Source: Craspedostauros australis (lineage: Eukaryota). From it: DNA of 45,394 nt. Location of the stretch: positions 1 through 45,394 of the forward strand of contig JALAGF010002121.1 of NCBI GenBank assembly GCA_030167865.1, in the 5' to 3' direction. Of the stretch, positions 8,062 to 20,100 are shown one piece after another (position 1 is the first letter of the stretch; every line of letters begins with the position of its first letter). A program made the translations under genes and the position numbers. Below the pieces are notes generated by a model. It saw only the letters and a list, made by a program, of their open reading frames with translations. It was not told the origin of the DNA and did not search any database.

Positions 8062-11000
8062 TTAATCGTCACCGAGGGTGGCCAGTGGCTTGAATCCAGG
8101 AACTGTCTTGTCGCCACACTGGAAGACCGTGTTCGATGCGCAAGTGGTCTTGCAGTCATCGCCCTTGGACATGATACCGCCAGCATTGCAGACGAGTTTG
8201 CACTTGGACACTTCGGCATGGGCGCTGGATTCCAGGACGATTGCGCAACCGTCATTCGATTCGATCTTGCATCGAGTCATCTTGATGTTTGAATCGTTGC
8301 AGCGGATTGCATCTTGCTTGCAACCTTTTACGGTGCACTGTGATGGTAATAAGCAGCGGAGGCGGGAAGCAGGAAACAGAAGGTTGTTGAATTGAGCAAG
8401 GCGTATCCGCGATGAAGTGGTGCATCCATATCAGCAAAGCGAGAACTTCGCACACAGAATGAAGTGGTCCAGCTGCTGCGACTCTGACTGTGCTCGTCAC
8501 AAGCAACAACGCAATAGTCCATACCTCAGCGATTACACATGCCCGTACTTTTGCCATACATACCTGGGAGAGTTCAAGGGAAGAGCCGCCGTTCATGACG
8601 ATTCCGCCATTCGATCCATTGCGAAGCACGACGTTGTGCCATCTGCCCTTGCGACCGGCCCCGGCTGCGCTCATCACGGCCCCGTCGCAACCGTTGTTGT
8701 CCAAGACACTGTGCACCATATCGATGCTACCATTCTCGCCAATTGATATAACTTCATGTGACGATGCCGGCTTGGATGACAGCTTGGGTCGTCGGAACGT
8801 GATGCCCTCAATCCAACCGCCCTTGGCATTCCAAGTCAGTGACCCACCGAGCTCGATCACCACATTGGCCGGATTGTTCTCATCACCGATCAACCGCAGC
8901 GGGAAATTGACGACGAGGCCAGGCTCCTGTACCCAATAGTGCCCATCGCTGAGCTCGATTGTATCTCCAGCGGAAGACACGGCAAATGCTTCCTGGATCG
9001 TCTTGTGATGATTAAATTCCCTCCTCTCCTTCCCGGCCAGTGCGCTCATCTCCACTGGATACACGTGGCGGACGAATTTGATATCCAGCGCTGCTCGCCT
9101 CCAATGGTGGCATACAGTGGAGCAGGATGTTCGTTCGGGAAATGGCAGGAGGTACGACATTATGCAGTACAGTGGCTTTGGTGGTATCGCCGCCCATCCT
9201 TCTGCCATGGCCACCTCGCTGGCCTCCAAATCAACGATGACCAGTGGCTTGTCCCAGGTCGCTTCGCCTGTGTCGGCGTTGTACCAGAATGGCTTCTTGG
9301 TATTCCCATCTTGCTTCTGCGACCAGTGCTCTCCGGTGAGCCTCATCCGCTTCTTGTTGGCTCGCAGCCGCGAACGCTCACGAAGGTACAGGTTGCGCTG
9401 ACGGAACAGCTGGTCAGGTGTGGGGCGTGTCGCCAGAAGGTCTCCGTAGTCAATCGCCAGACGTTCTTCGGCCGCCTTTTTGCGCTCAATTTCGTCGATG
9501 TCAATCTGATCTTCCGTTTCCATCTCCTCCAGGCGCCGGTTGTACTCTTGGATGGAATGGATCGAGTAGAATGGATCAATCTGTTCTCGGAATTTCAATC
9601 CATACTGCTCCATCCGCGACAGGGACGAATTGATGGCGTCCGTATCGATCCCCACCTTGTTCTGCCACTCGGCAAATTCTTGCTCCATGACGTTGCCATT
9701 TTCGTGCGCGCTGTCCTCGGTTTGGCTCGCGCTGCCGTTGCCTGCATCCTTTCCGGGCTTTCCAGAACCAGCCGATTGTTTTTGGCCGCCTTTCCCATTT
9801 TCTTCCTCAGTTGCCTGCTTCCCGTTGCTGTTCTTTCCGTTCTTGCCATCCGTAGGTATTGCTGTGGCTGCGCCAGTATCGCTTCTGATGTCGTCATCTT
9901 CGTTTTCAGTCTCTGCCTTGATCTCGGCATTCTCATCGAACTCTTTCAGCTCTTCCGCAGCTTCTTTCCGTGCTCCATGCAACGCCTTCACGTCGTCGTC
10001 ATCTTCAAGGGCCGCCATGGCCTTTTCCATCTGCTCCTTGCTCATATCGGTCGCGTCCATGCCCGGAACATCGGCGCCATCCTCACCATTCGCATCCACC
10101 TCCATTGCATCTGCTTGCTGGTTCTGAACCCCAAGGATGGCTTGCAGGTTGCTTTTGCTGTACACATCCGAATTGCTGTTGGTCGCATTTTCCTTTGCAG
10201 CCTCCTCCTCCTCCTCCTTCTGCTGCTGCTGCGGCTGCCCCTGTTGTTGCGCATCCTTCGTCGTTGCATCGAACTTGCCCTCATCCATCACAACAATGTC
10301 CAAGTTCTTCTTCTGCTTGGCTTTCAGAAGGATATTCTCTTCGATGGAATTCTCTGTGATGAGGCGGTAGATGTGAACGTCTCTCGTTTGGCCGATCCGA
10401 TGGGCTCTGTCCTGTGCCTGCGCATCCATGGCAGGGTTCCAGTCGCTGTCGTAGAAGATCACAGTGTCGGCGCCCGTGAGATTGATCCCCATTCCACCGC
10501 TCCGCGTGCTCAGGATGAAGCAGAAAACCTTCGTGTCATTGTTGAATCGATCCATGTAGCGCTGGCGCCGATCCACACCGGTCGCTCCATCCAGTCGCAA
10601 GTACGTGTGGCCGTGCAGATTCAGAAATGCCTCCAAAATGTCCAACATCTTGCTCATCTGCGTGAAGATCAATGCACGGTGCCCACCTCGTTTCAGCGTG
10701 CGCAGCAGTTCGGAAAGCGTTTGAAGTTTGCCGGCATCGTACTGCACCAGCTTCTTGTCGGGAAAGAATGACGAGAGCTTTGCATGCACTCGTCGGTACG
10801 GACGAAAGTGCTCCTCGAGCGGTTCCAACAGCATGCTCTCCAAGTCTTTGACCGGAATGCTCGTGCCTGCATTTCGCAGATTCTGCGACTTGAGCTGGAC
10901 CCTGCCAACGCCGACCGGAGGCACGCACATCACGAACTTGTCGATCATGCCGGTTAGATCAGATGCTCGTTCCGTGACCGATTGGCGCATCTGCAGCAAA

Positions 11001-14000
11001 GGTGCTGGCGTTAGCACGATGCTCGTTCCGTGACATTCCACTCCCTCTGAGCGCTTCAACGGTTGCTCCAAGAATGACGACACCTTGCGGCGGAGAATTT
11101 CGGGATACGGGAATGCTGGAGCGTTGCATCGCCAGAAATTGGTGGCATTGTGAAACTCCAACTTCTCTCGTCGGTGTCGGTCAGTTGCATCGTTGAGGCT
11201 TTGCAAGAGCGAATGGAATTCTTTGGGAGTGTCCTCATCGATGGTGTACTTGGTCGTCTGGTCCCGGCCGCCTTCGGCGCGATCATCGTCATCATTCTCC
11301 GATGTTGTGATCCGAAGCTTGCGCAATTGGGCAGCTACCGCTGCATCGTGGGCATGGCAATACTCCAGCGACATCAAACCGCAGCTGCCGCTCCACAAAG
11401 GATGCAAGAGGAAGTCGCTGATCTTCTCCAACGGACTTGTGTCAAGGGCCGCGTCTACCGCACATCCAGGAACACGATACTCAATTGCAGGGATTACGAA
11501 CGGGGTGACAACGGACCGTGGTTCGAACAGATCAGGGTGGTTGCATACCTTCCGAAGCTGCATGAGGACGTTCATCATCCCCATGAAGTTGCCGCCTTTC
11601 GTCAATGCCTGCCGCGTCGAGGATCGCGCCATGAATTCTTCGTACAGAGTCATTTGACGCCGAGACAGCTGGCACTTCACGACATGTTCGTATTTGCCCG
11701 GCATTTGCTTCTCGACGTCCTTCTTCAGTCGTCGAAGTACGAAGGGACGGATGATGCCGTGCAGGCGATTGATGACGTCGTCGTTGCGGCTGGCATTACC
11801 TTCGATGATGTTGTTCATGGGGTTTGAGAACCAGTACGAGAACTCCTTTCTCGATCGGAAGATGTACGGCATCAGAAAGTGAAGCAACGACCACAGCTCC
11901 ATGAGGTTGTTCTGTGACGAATGTCAAAAAGAAATAAAGTTAAATAAAGGAATGTGGGATGCTCGGTCGTCAGCAGAGTTGTTGGATTGGGAGTTTGTAG
12001 ACGTGGATATGGATCAACACAACAACAACAATAGCACAAGACAAGACATGACAAGCAAAAGTCTGCATTCGCACATGCATCCTCCAACTTACCTGGAGGG
12101 GCGTTCCAGTCAACAGCAGGCGCCGCTGTGTATTGAAATTGATGAGAGTCTGCCATCGCTGACTTTGAAAGTTCTTAATATTCTGCGCCTCATCCAAGAC
12201 CAGGTAGTACCACCGTTTGCGTTTAAATGCGAAAGCATCTTGGACCGCTAACTGGTACGACGTGATCACGACGTGGTACCAGTTGGTCTTCGTCCATCCA
12301 GTGCGAAGTTCCTTTCGTCTCTTGGCGGAACCGTGGTAACACAGAACCTTCAGGCTTGGGCAAAATCTCTTCAATTCGGTTTCCCAATTGATGATGACGG
12401 ATGTCGGGACGACGACCAGGTGCGGGCCCCAGATTCCTTTGTACGATGCCAAATACGAAAACAGAGTGATCGTTTGCAATGTCTTGCCCAAACCCATTTC
12501 TGTGCCATCGTTTGAAGAAATTGAATTGTGAGGGCGAATGTAGGAGCACAGCACAGCACAGCACAGCATAGTATAATAGTATGGGATGGAATGGTGGGCG
12601 TGAGAACGAGGACAAATGTTGCAATGGTTGCGCCTTCATCAGAAACCTCTCCTTGCTCAGCCGCTTACTCTACGTCACTCTGAGATATGCCTGCAGGAGC
12701 GAACACGTATACATTCCTTGACACAGCTGCTCGTACGTACCATCTGCAAGAATCCCATTGAGACGTCTTGATTGGAGCGAGACCAACCAATTCAACCCGA
12801 CTTGCTGGTACTTTCGTAGCTTGACCCAACCGGCCAACAGGTACGGCCGGCTGGCAAGCGTTTGTCGCGCTCTCTCCGCTGAGGCCTCAAGCGCGCTCAA
12901 CGCTTTCAAACCATCATCTGATTGCTCGCTTTGGCTGTGATCTTCCTTCGGGTTGGCCGTGCTGGATGCATTCCCAACGGTGTCGCAATCCATCTGATCC
13001 TGGCGTTGGGGGGGCTTGTTGCCATCGGTCTTTTCATACTTGATCTCGGTCTTTGTTTCACCATTTCGATTCTGCCCTTCCATCTTTCCTTTCTTGATTT
13101 CACCAGAGTTTTCAAGATCAACTTCGGTGTGTTTCCGCTTGCGCCGAGATCTTCGCCTTGTGCCGATCGGCGATTCAGCCATCGCATCCGGATCTGGATC
13201 GGTGTCATGAGGGCCATTATCTTCGTGTGATGTACGCTGCTGTTCTATTGCAGGTTCGTCACTGTCGCCGTTCATTCGATTGTAAAGTGACAGAAGTTGT
13301 TCGATTGGTACTTCGCTCTCCGCCTTCAACATCTTCATCTCATCCTCGTGGCTCATTTCACGGCCAAGGCGCTCCTCTGCGGCGATGGTAGTCTCATCGT
13401 CCACCAAATCCTTGGCGTCTATTTCGAACTCATCGTTGTCGGTGCTTATGGCTTGGCTGCTTGCATCACCTTCCGTCACGATGGAATCGTCATTGTCGTC
13501 TTCAGGAGGTGCATCGGTGCTTTCCACACCATCGTCGTCGTCGTCGTCGTTGGCGTTGGAGGCTTCTTGCGATGAATACAACCCCTTGTACATTGCTCGC
13601 AGCTGTTCGATCGGAATCTCGTTCTCCTGTTGGAGCATCGCCATTTCCTCCTCATGGGACATCTCACGTCCAAGACGCTCCTCGATCTCCATCGTGGTTT
13701 CATCGTCCATGGCCTGCGCATCCGGCTCGAATTCTTCGTTGCCGTCATCGGATGGTGCTCCGTCATTCGTGTAATTGCTTGGGCCTTGGTCATTGCCGTT
13801 GCCCTTTTCCTTGTCGCTATTATCTTCCTTTGCCTCTTCTTTCTCATTGTCGTCGCTGTTGTCATCACTATCATCGTCAGCAGGACCATCGCCATTTGTC
13901 ATCCCTGCGTACATCGCGCGAAGCTGCTCAATGGGTATTTCGTTCTCTTGCTTGAGCAGATTCATTTCCGCTTCGTATGACATGTCCCTCCCAAGCTTTT

Positions 14001-15250
14001 CTTCTGCTGCGATGGTAGTCTCATCATCTACCTGCTCCACATCCATCGGAACGTATTCTTCTGTGTCGTTGTTGCTGGCCGCTTGTTGATCGAATTGCAA
14101 ATCGCTAAGAGATGCCGCAACGGACGCTTCATTTCTGTTCGTGCTGCTCTCAGCCCCATCGTTTTGTGTTGAACCAGAATCGACGTTGCGTTTACTCCGT
14201 CGCAAGGACCTTGTCTCTCGTAGTGCGGCGTCATTATTGTCATTCTCACACATTGCCGTTGCTGTTGTCGTTGTCGTTGCCATTGCCGTTGTCGTTGCCG
14301 TTGTCGTTGCCGTTGTCGTTGCCGTTGTCGTTGCCGTTGCCGATGGTTGCTGTGTCTCTGCATCATGTGCAAGCTGAGCATACATTTTGCGAAGGTCTTC
14401 GACGGACATTTCGTTATCCTTCCGTAGCAAATCCAGCTCCTGCGTCGGAGTGTATTGCTGCGGTAGATTCTCTTCCTGCTCCATTGTGGTTTCGTCATCG
14501 GCAACCATGCCAACATCTTCGAATTCGTCATCGTCGTCTCCGTTTGCCTTGCCACCGCTACCCCTGTCGAATGCGGCAACGAAATCCTCAACGTCGCTTG
14601 CGTCGCCGTCATCGTCCGCGACGTTGCCATCATCATGATCGTTGTGGCCAGCGATACTTCCGGAGCCCTTGGTCCTCCGCGAGCTTCGAGCACTTCGAGG
14701 TGGTTGGGATTCGGTGTTTACGTCGTTAGAAACGTCGCCCGTGTGTCTCGCAAATGAAACTCGTTTGTTTTTGGCTGCGGCGGTCGCATGCTGACCCCAA
14801 GCACCGGTGGTTCCGCCGTCATCATCGCCGTTGCTATGGACGTTACTATCGCCGTTGGCAGATGGTTGCTGACCTTCTGCAATCAGCCGATGGACCACGT
14901 CATTGATATCCATCTCGGCTTCCTCGTGCAATTTCTGCAATTCCTGCGCATCTGCCACGAAGGCACCTGACATGTGTCGTTGCTGCAATTCATCGTGCTC
15001 CGCTTGACGGATCGTCGTCTCATCGTCATCGGAATCGCTGCTCTCAGGATCGAAGGACGCATCTGATCCGGAATCGGACGCCGTGGATTCGCCGTACAGC
15101 TCCGTGTCGTCCTTGCCCAAACGAAGTCGCGAATAATCAGTGACGCGAGTTTTGGATCTCCGCTTGCGTTCGGCGGCCAGAGCTTCCTCGATGGTCATTT
15201 TGTATCGTCGGTGCTTTCGTTTCTTCTTGCCACCGCGCTTCTGTTGCTGT

Positions 15251-15281
<31 letters not shown>

Positions 15282-16194
15282 TATGTTCGTGTTTAGCGCC
15301 ATCATCGTCTCCCATGCGGCCATTGGCCTCCGGCGGTGAAGAATTCGGCTCGAATGCTGCAGCTGCAGCTGCCGTGGTCGTAGATGATTGACCGTGGGCA
15401 TGATCATTCCCAGCCGCATGGGAATATGCGTCGTTTTCATCAGTATCATCGACATCATCGACATCAGCATCATCACTTTCGTCGTCGTCGTCGTCGTCAT
15501 CGTCATCCTGATCGACAAGCCACTTGCTGTATCGCTCTGTCTGCTTGACCAACGACACCAGCTGCTTGTTCATGGCCTTCTTGCGCTCTTCATCTGCATG
15601 CAACTTTTGCTTGTACGACACGATGCGTTCAATCTTCGTCCACCAGCCTTTCAACTCGCGTGATATCTTGCCTGCCAACCGCCGGCGCTTGAGCTCGGCT
15701 TCGGCCAATTCGCGGATGCGGCGCGATTCCTTCGTCTTGTGGAATTGACGCACGGCCGCGGCCATCTTCTTGGCGGATGATACCTGTCGCTTGCGCTCCC
15801 CCGCGAAATCGGCGCCGAGCCACATCATCTCCTTCATGAGGAAATCCCAGTGCGTGTCGCGTTTGGGTTCGAATTGGATCAAGGGACTGCGTCGCTCGTC
15901 CTTGCTGTCGACATCCGATGCCGTGGCGCTGGCCGTCGTCGCATCAGTATCGGAGACGGCGCTCTGCTTTCGTTTGGTCGACCGACGCTTCGTGTTGCGA
16001 GAGTTGGCGGTCGCCGCAGCCTTTTTCGCGGCGGCCGTCTGTTTGAGTGGATGTGGCGGAGCCGCCACTTGCGCGAGCCTCGCGGACGCACGCTCCTTGC
16101 GCTCCTCAAGCTCCTCCAGGGTCGCCAGGCCGATCTCCAGAGACATCCGGGTGGTGTCCACGGTGGACGACGACAGGGATGCTGACACCGGCAT
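8062..16194 (-). CDS. SWR1: SWR1/SRCAP/PIE1-family SNF2 chromatin-remodelling ATPase, 4 exons, with C-terminal WW, F-box and beta-helix domains
   Basis: Exons are 16194-12741, 12499-12093, 11911-8564 and 8337-8062, with three GT-AG introns. Junctions rebuild GILAD-EMGLGKT, LLTGTPLQ-NNLMELWSLL and LELSQ-CTVKGC. Also present: HSA domain (THWDFLMKEMMWL), LDEAQNIKN, QLRKVCNHPDLF and DSDWNPAMDAQAQDRAHRIGQ, with a split ATPase. Confidence 0.95.
14256..14342 (-). repeat. Coding 12-bp repeat giving a Thr/Ala tract in SWR1
   Basis: GCCGTTGTCGTT-type units encode ATATTTATTTATTTATTTAMATTTTTATA. Confidence 0.85.
15241..15279 (-). repeat. CAG/CAA polyglutamine tract in SWR1
   Basis: (CTG/TTG)n on the plus strand; Q run in the translation. 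Confidence 0.9.
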
Positions 16195-17134
16195 TTTCGC
16201 TATTGGCACAAATGGTGTATCCGCGCAGCAGTCTCCATTCAGTTAAAACACCACTTCCTCCGACAACAGTTCCACCCACAGCGCCACCTCTGAAGATCAG
16301 CATCTAACTGCAGGTCGGATGATGTCAATCGATGAAGGAACGGATGATTGAGTGATTGAGTGGTTCAAGGGACGGATGAAGCCAGGGTCGCTCAGTCTGA
16401 AGAGTTTGGTCCTGGTCTCTCTGTTGGTGGAGGGAGGGAGAGAGAGAGGTGTCGCTCTTGTTTGCTCGATTCGCCAAGCGCTACTCTGGACTATGACTAC
16501 TGTTCTTCCCCTCGATGTGAGATCTTGTGAACCGTCTGTGTTACGACTACTTGTCAAGTGAGGCACTCCCCCCTTGTCCAATTCTTCAAGAGAGAGACGA
16601 GGATCGCTGACAATGCCACTCAAAGCAACACGTACGACTGATTGTGCCCGCAGTCACCGGATACAAACAAAGAGAGAGAGAGGAGAATTGGATGGTGTCG
16701 ACAACCAGGAACACCACAACAACGAGTTTCTGCCATGTCTGCAGATCTGTGGTTCTGCGTGTTGTGTTTGGGCGGATTTTTGTTGGGCGAAACAGGACTT
16801 CGATTCGATGGACTCGAACGCCGCATCTGAGTAGTCGTATTTGTGACGTTGTCACGACGAAGCCTTCGATCGATGGCCAGACAAAGTCTAAACTTTGTTT
16901 ATCTAGGTCGAACCAAACAGAACACAGAAGAGTGAAGTGTGCAACTAGATGAAGTACCTATGCTGCAACATATTGTATAATACATACTCGGAGCATAGAG
17001 CAGAGCATGTAAATAGAGTATACCTACAATCTTTATGCATGTTCATCCAACTAATGTTTTCAGAGAAGCACTCCTTTCTCTCCATTGCCTTGCTGCAGAG
17101 CACGACCTATCAAAAACGTTAACGCAATGGCAAC

Positions 17135-20100
17135 TCATGCCTTGAACCAGCTCCTCCATTCTGGAATGTCGTCCTCGCTGTTTTCTTCGAAGGCTCGGGG
17201 TTCCGCGCCATCTCCGGAGGGGAGGTCGTTCACGTTGACCTTGGACAGGAAGAGGCATCGTGTCACCTTCATGCCATGCAGCCTGTCGATGATGGAGGAT
17301 GGACTGGTGTCCGGATCCTCGTCGACCAGATTGGGCTGCATCTGCGGATTGTTCTTGGCAATGCGCTCATGCACCGCAAACTGCGCCAATCGCAGCGCGA
17401 AGGAAACGACGGCGGAGTTCAGCAGCACTCCCACCACCAGGTACCAGCAATTGGAGGCCACCGATGCCTGCACCGAGAAGCACACCGGGTCTTCTGTGGA
17501 GTCGGCAGGCGCAAATTCGGCCAGGATACTGTTCAAGATGTCGCATTTGTCACCGATCATGAAGTCGGCGAATGTGGAGATTTGCAGCAACGCCGCGATG
17601 ATGGACAGCGCGAACACTTCCACCGCGCTCCACGCGTTGGCAATCTCGGCCATCACCAGCACCTTCTTCTGCTGTCGGATTTGCAGCGGGTAGAACATCA
17701 GCGTCGTCAGCAGCGTCAGGCACGCGATGGGCGTGATGACCGCGTAGAAAAAGAAGGCAGCCTGGATCGCCAGGATGCCGATGCTGTGTGGATTCGCAGC
17801 GCTGTCCGACAGGAAGGTGCCGATGGACAGCAGCGAGTAGCTCGAGCTGCTGCGGTCACCCAGGGCTGCACCTCCCACACCGCCGAACTCGAATATGAAA
17901 CTCTTCTTCGTGAAGCCGATGCACATGAGGCCGGCTGCACCACCCAGCGTTGCGAGGAGCACGAACTTCAGGAACAGCGATATCCTGAACTTGGTGCCAT
18001 GCGGATTGACGCCGAAGGACTGACCCAGCACGCTCACCCTCCTTGCTGACACCAAACTGAGACCTTCGTCTTGGCACTTGCGATGGTAGTACAGCATCAG
18101 ATGACCCAGCAACAACGACACCGATGTCGCCAGCAGGAAGCCGTAAAATCCGCGGTGTGGTGACACGTACAGGTCCAGCACGACGGTGTCGGAAAGCTCC
18201 AGATGGTACCGGAATGCCACCATGAAGAGCACAAGGACGTACGTGTCCACCAGCGAGAACTTGCCCAGTGCATCCAACATGAGGAGCACGCGTTCGCGTC
18301 GAGGCAGATTGACGGTGGGCACAATCCACGCCCGCAGCATGAGCAAGAGTTTTCCGTACGGCCACATCCCACTGAACCCAACGACGAGGAAGAGCAGCGG
18401 GTAGATGCCCGCGGCGTAGAGCTGCCGGATGGTGTGACCCAAACTGAAACCAAAGACCTCGGGCAGGCTGATGTTGTTGCCGTTGCCGAGCGCGATGTTG
18501 ACATCGACGGAGGCGCCCACGCTGAGGTTGCCAGTGAGGAGCATGATAATCGTGCACACGATGAGGATTGGGACCAGATGCCGCACAATCGCTGGCACCT
18601 GCTCCGCCTTGAACAACGAGTGCGGTTTCTGTTGATCAATGATGTGTTCCTCCATCAACCTTTCGTTGATGCCTTCGTTGATGCCCGCGACGATGTCGTC
18701 GTCTAATGCTGATGGTGATAGACAGCCCTCCAAAACCTGATCTGTCGTGGCTGCTTCGTTGGGGAGCAATGGGCGGTGCAGCTCGTCCACGCCCTGTCTG
18801 TTCAATCTGCTCATTCGTTTCGCTCTCATCACGGAGAAGAAGACGAGCTGTCCCAAAACGAAGAAGAAGCCCACAAAACCGAGGAATGGCAGATGGTCTG
18901 GTTGGTCTTCGGTAGAGGGAACGGGCGCATTCGGATTGACGTCACCGTGGCAGATGTTGGGTGACTTCACCACCAGCTTCTCAGCCGCCTTGTTCACAAC
19001 ATCGAACGTGGTGTGCCACACCCATTGCATGACGGATGACAGCATCTCCGTGACGACAGGATACTCCCTCGTGCCCAGTTTGTACTGCACGGGTTGGTGC
19101 TGTCCCTGGACGATCAAGATGGAGGTGTTGGATTCGAATTGGCCGATGGACAACGATGCTGGCGCAACCAATCGGAGCTCGGACAGTGGCACGGCTGCAC
19201 ATTGTGCAAATTGGAAGATGTTCGCGAGCGATCTGGTCGCCAGCTGGTTGAGGTCGTAATCAATCCGGCTCCCTAAGTTCATCACCAGGTCGCCGACGAG
19301 CAGGGTGGAGTTGAGCGAGATGTCCAGATCGAATGCCGGCATGTTGACATCCATGCCGAACACAACCTCCGGTGACCATTTTGTATCTTGCGCGTAGATG
19401 GCGGACGAATGCAGCAAGTTGATTTCCTTCGTTAATTTCGTTGGCATCAGCACTTGCAGCTGTTCCAACGTGTCGAAGTTGTTCAACGACAGCTCGCGGA
19501 TGTTGACCAGAGATCCGAAGATGCGGGATGCCAGCTTGCCCACTGCCGATGTGGAAGGATCTGATGGTTCCAGAGACTGTGGCGGTGCGTGGGTTGCCGC
19601 TGCGCCAGAATGAACACCAGCAATATTATCAGCCATATTGTTTGCAATAGTGTCAGCATTAGCATCACCAGTGTCAACTTCATCAGAAAGATGTCGGTGA
19701 TGAATGAGAACACGCGAAAGACATCCGAGATAGTCGTTGAACGATTGCATGGTCGCTCTGTCCCTGAGGAAACCGTTGATTTCGTCCAGCAGTTTCACTT
19801 GCGTAAAGTTGACAAACTGCGGATGGTCGAGGATTTCGGATGCGGGACATTCTGCTACCTTTCCGGAATGAGGATCCAGGCTCCAGGTCGAAAGAATATG
19901 CTGGAGGTAGGTATTCAGATTCCCGATGCCGTGATCGTGCGTGTACTTTCCAATGATGGTGTTGATGAGTTCGGAGTACTCGACCGAGGCCACCTGAGCG
20001 ACAGCGTTGAAGAGGTTGTCCAGGTCAAGTTCCAACGACGACTGCGCCGTCTCGTTGCCATTGCGTGGAACCATGCGGAAGGTATCGAGGACGAAACCCA

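Noticed and set aside
8252-8563. ORF-track C-terminus of the 1216-aa SWR1 frame (VCMAKVRAC...)
   Set aside because: This is read-through into intron 8563-8338 (GTATGT...CACAG). The spliced exon 8337-8062 continues the beta-helix pattern instead.
8939-10771. 610-aa plus-strand ORF, and similar long antisense ORFs at 2334-3200, 17276-18049, 19589-20722 and 28109-28912
   Set aside because: They are shadows of well-supported opposite-strand genes caused by codon bias, and show no domain motifs.
11970-16209. The three SWR1 ORFs as separate genes or a frameshifted pseudogene
   Set aside because: Canonical GT-AG introns join them and restore intact helicase motifs.
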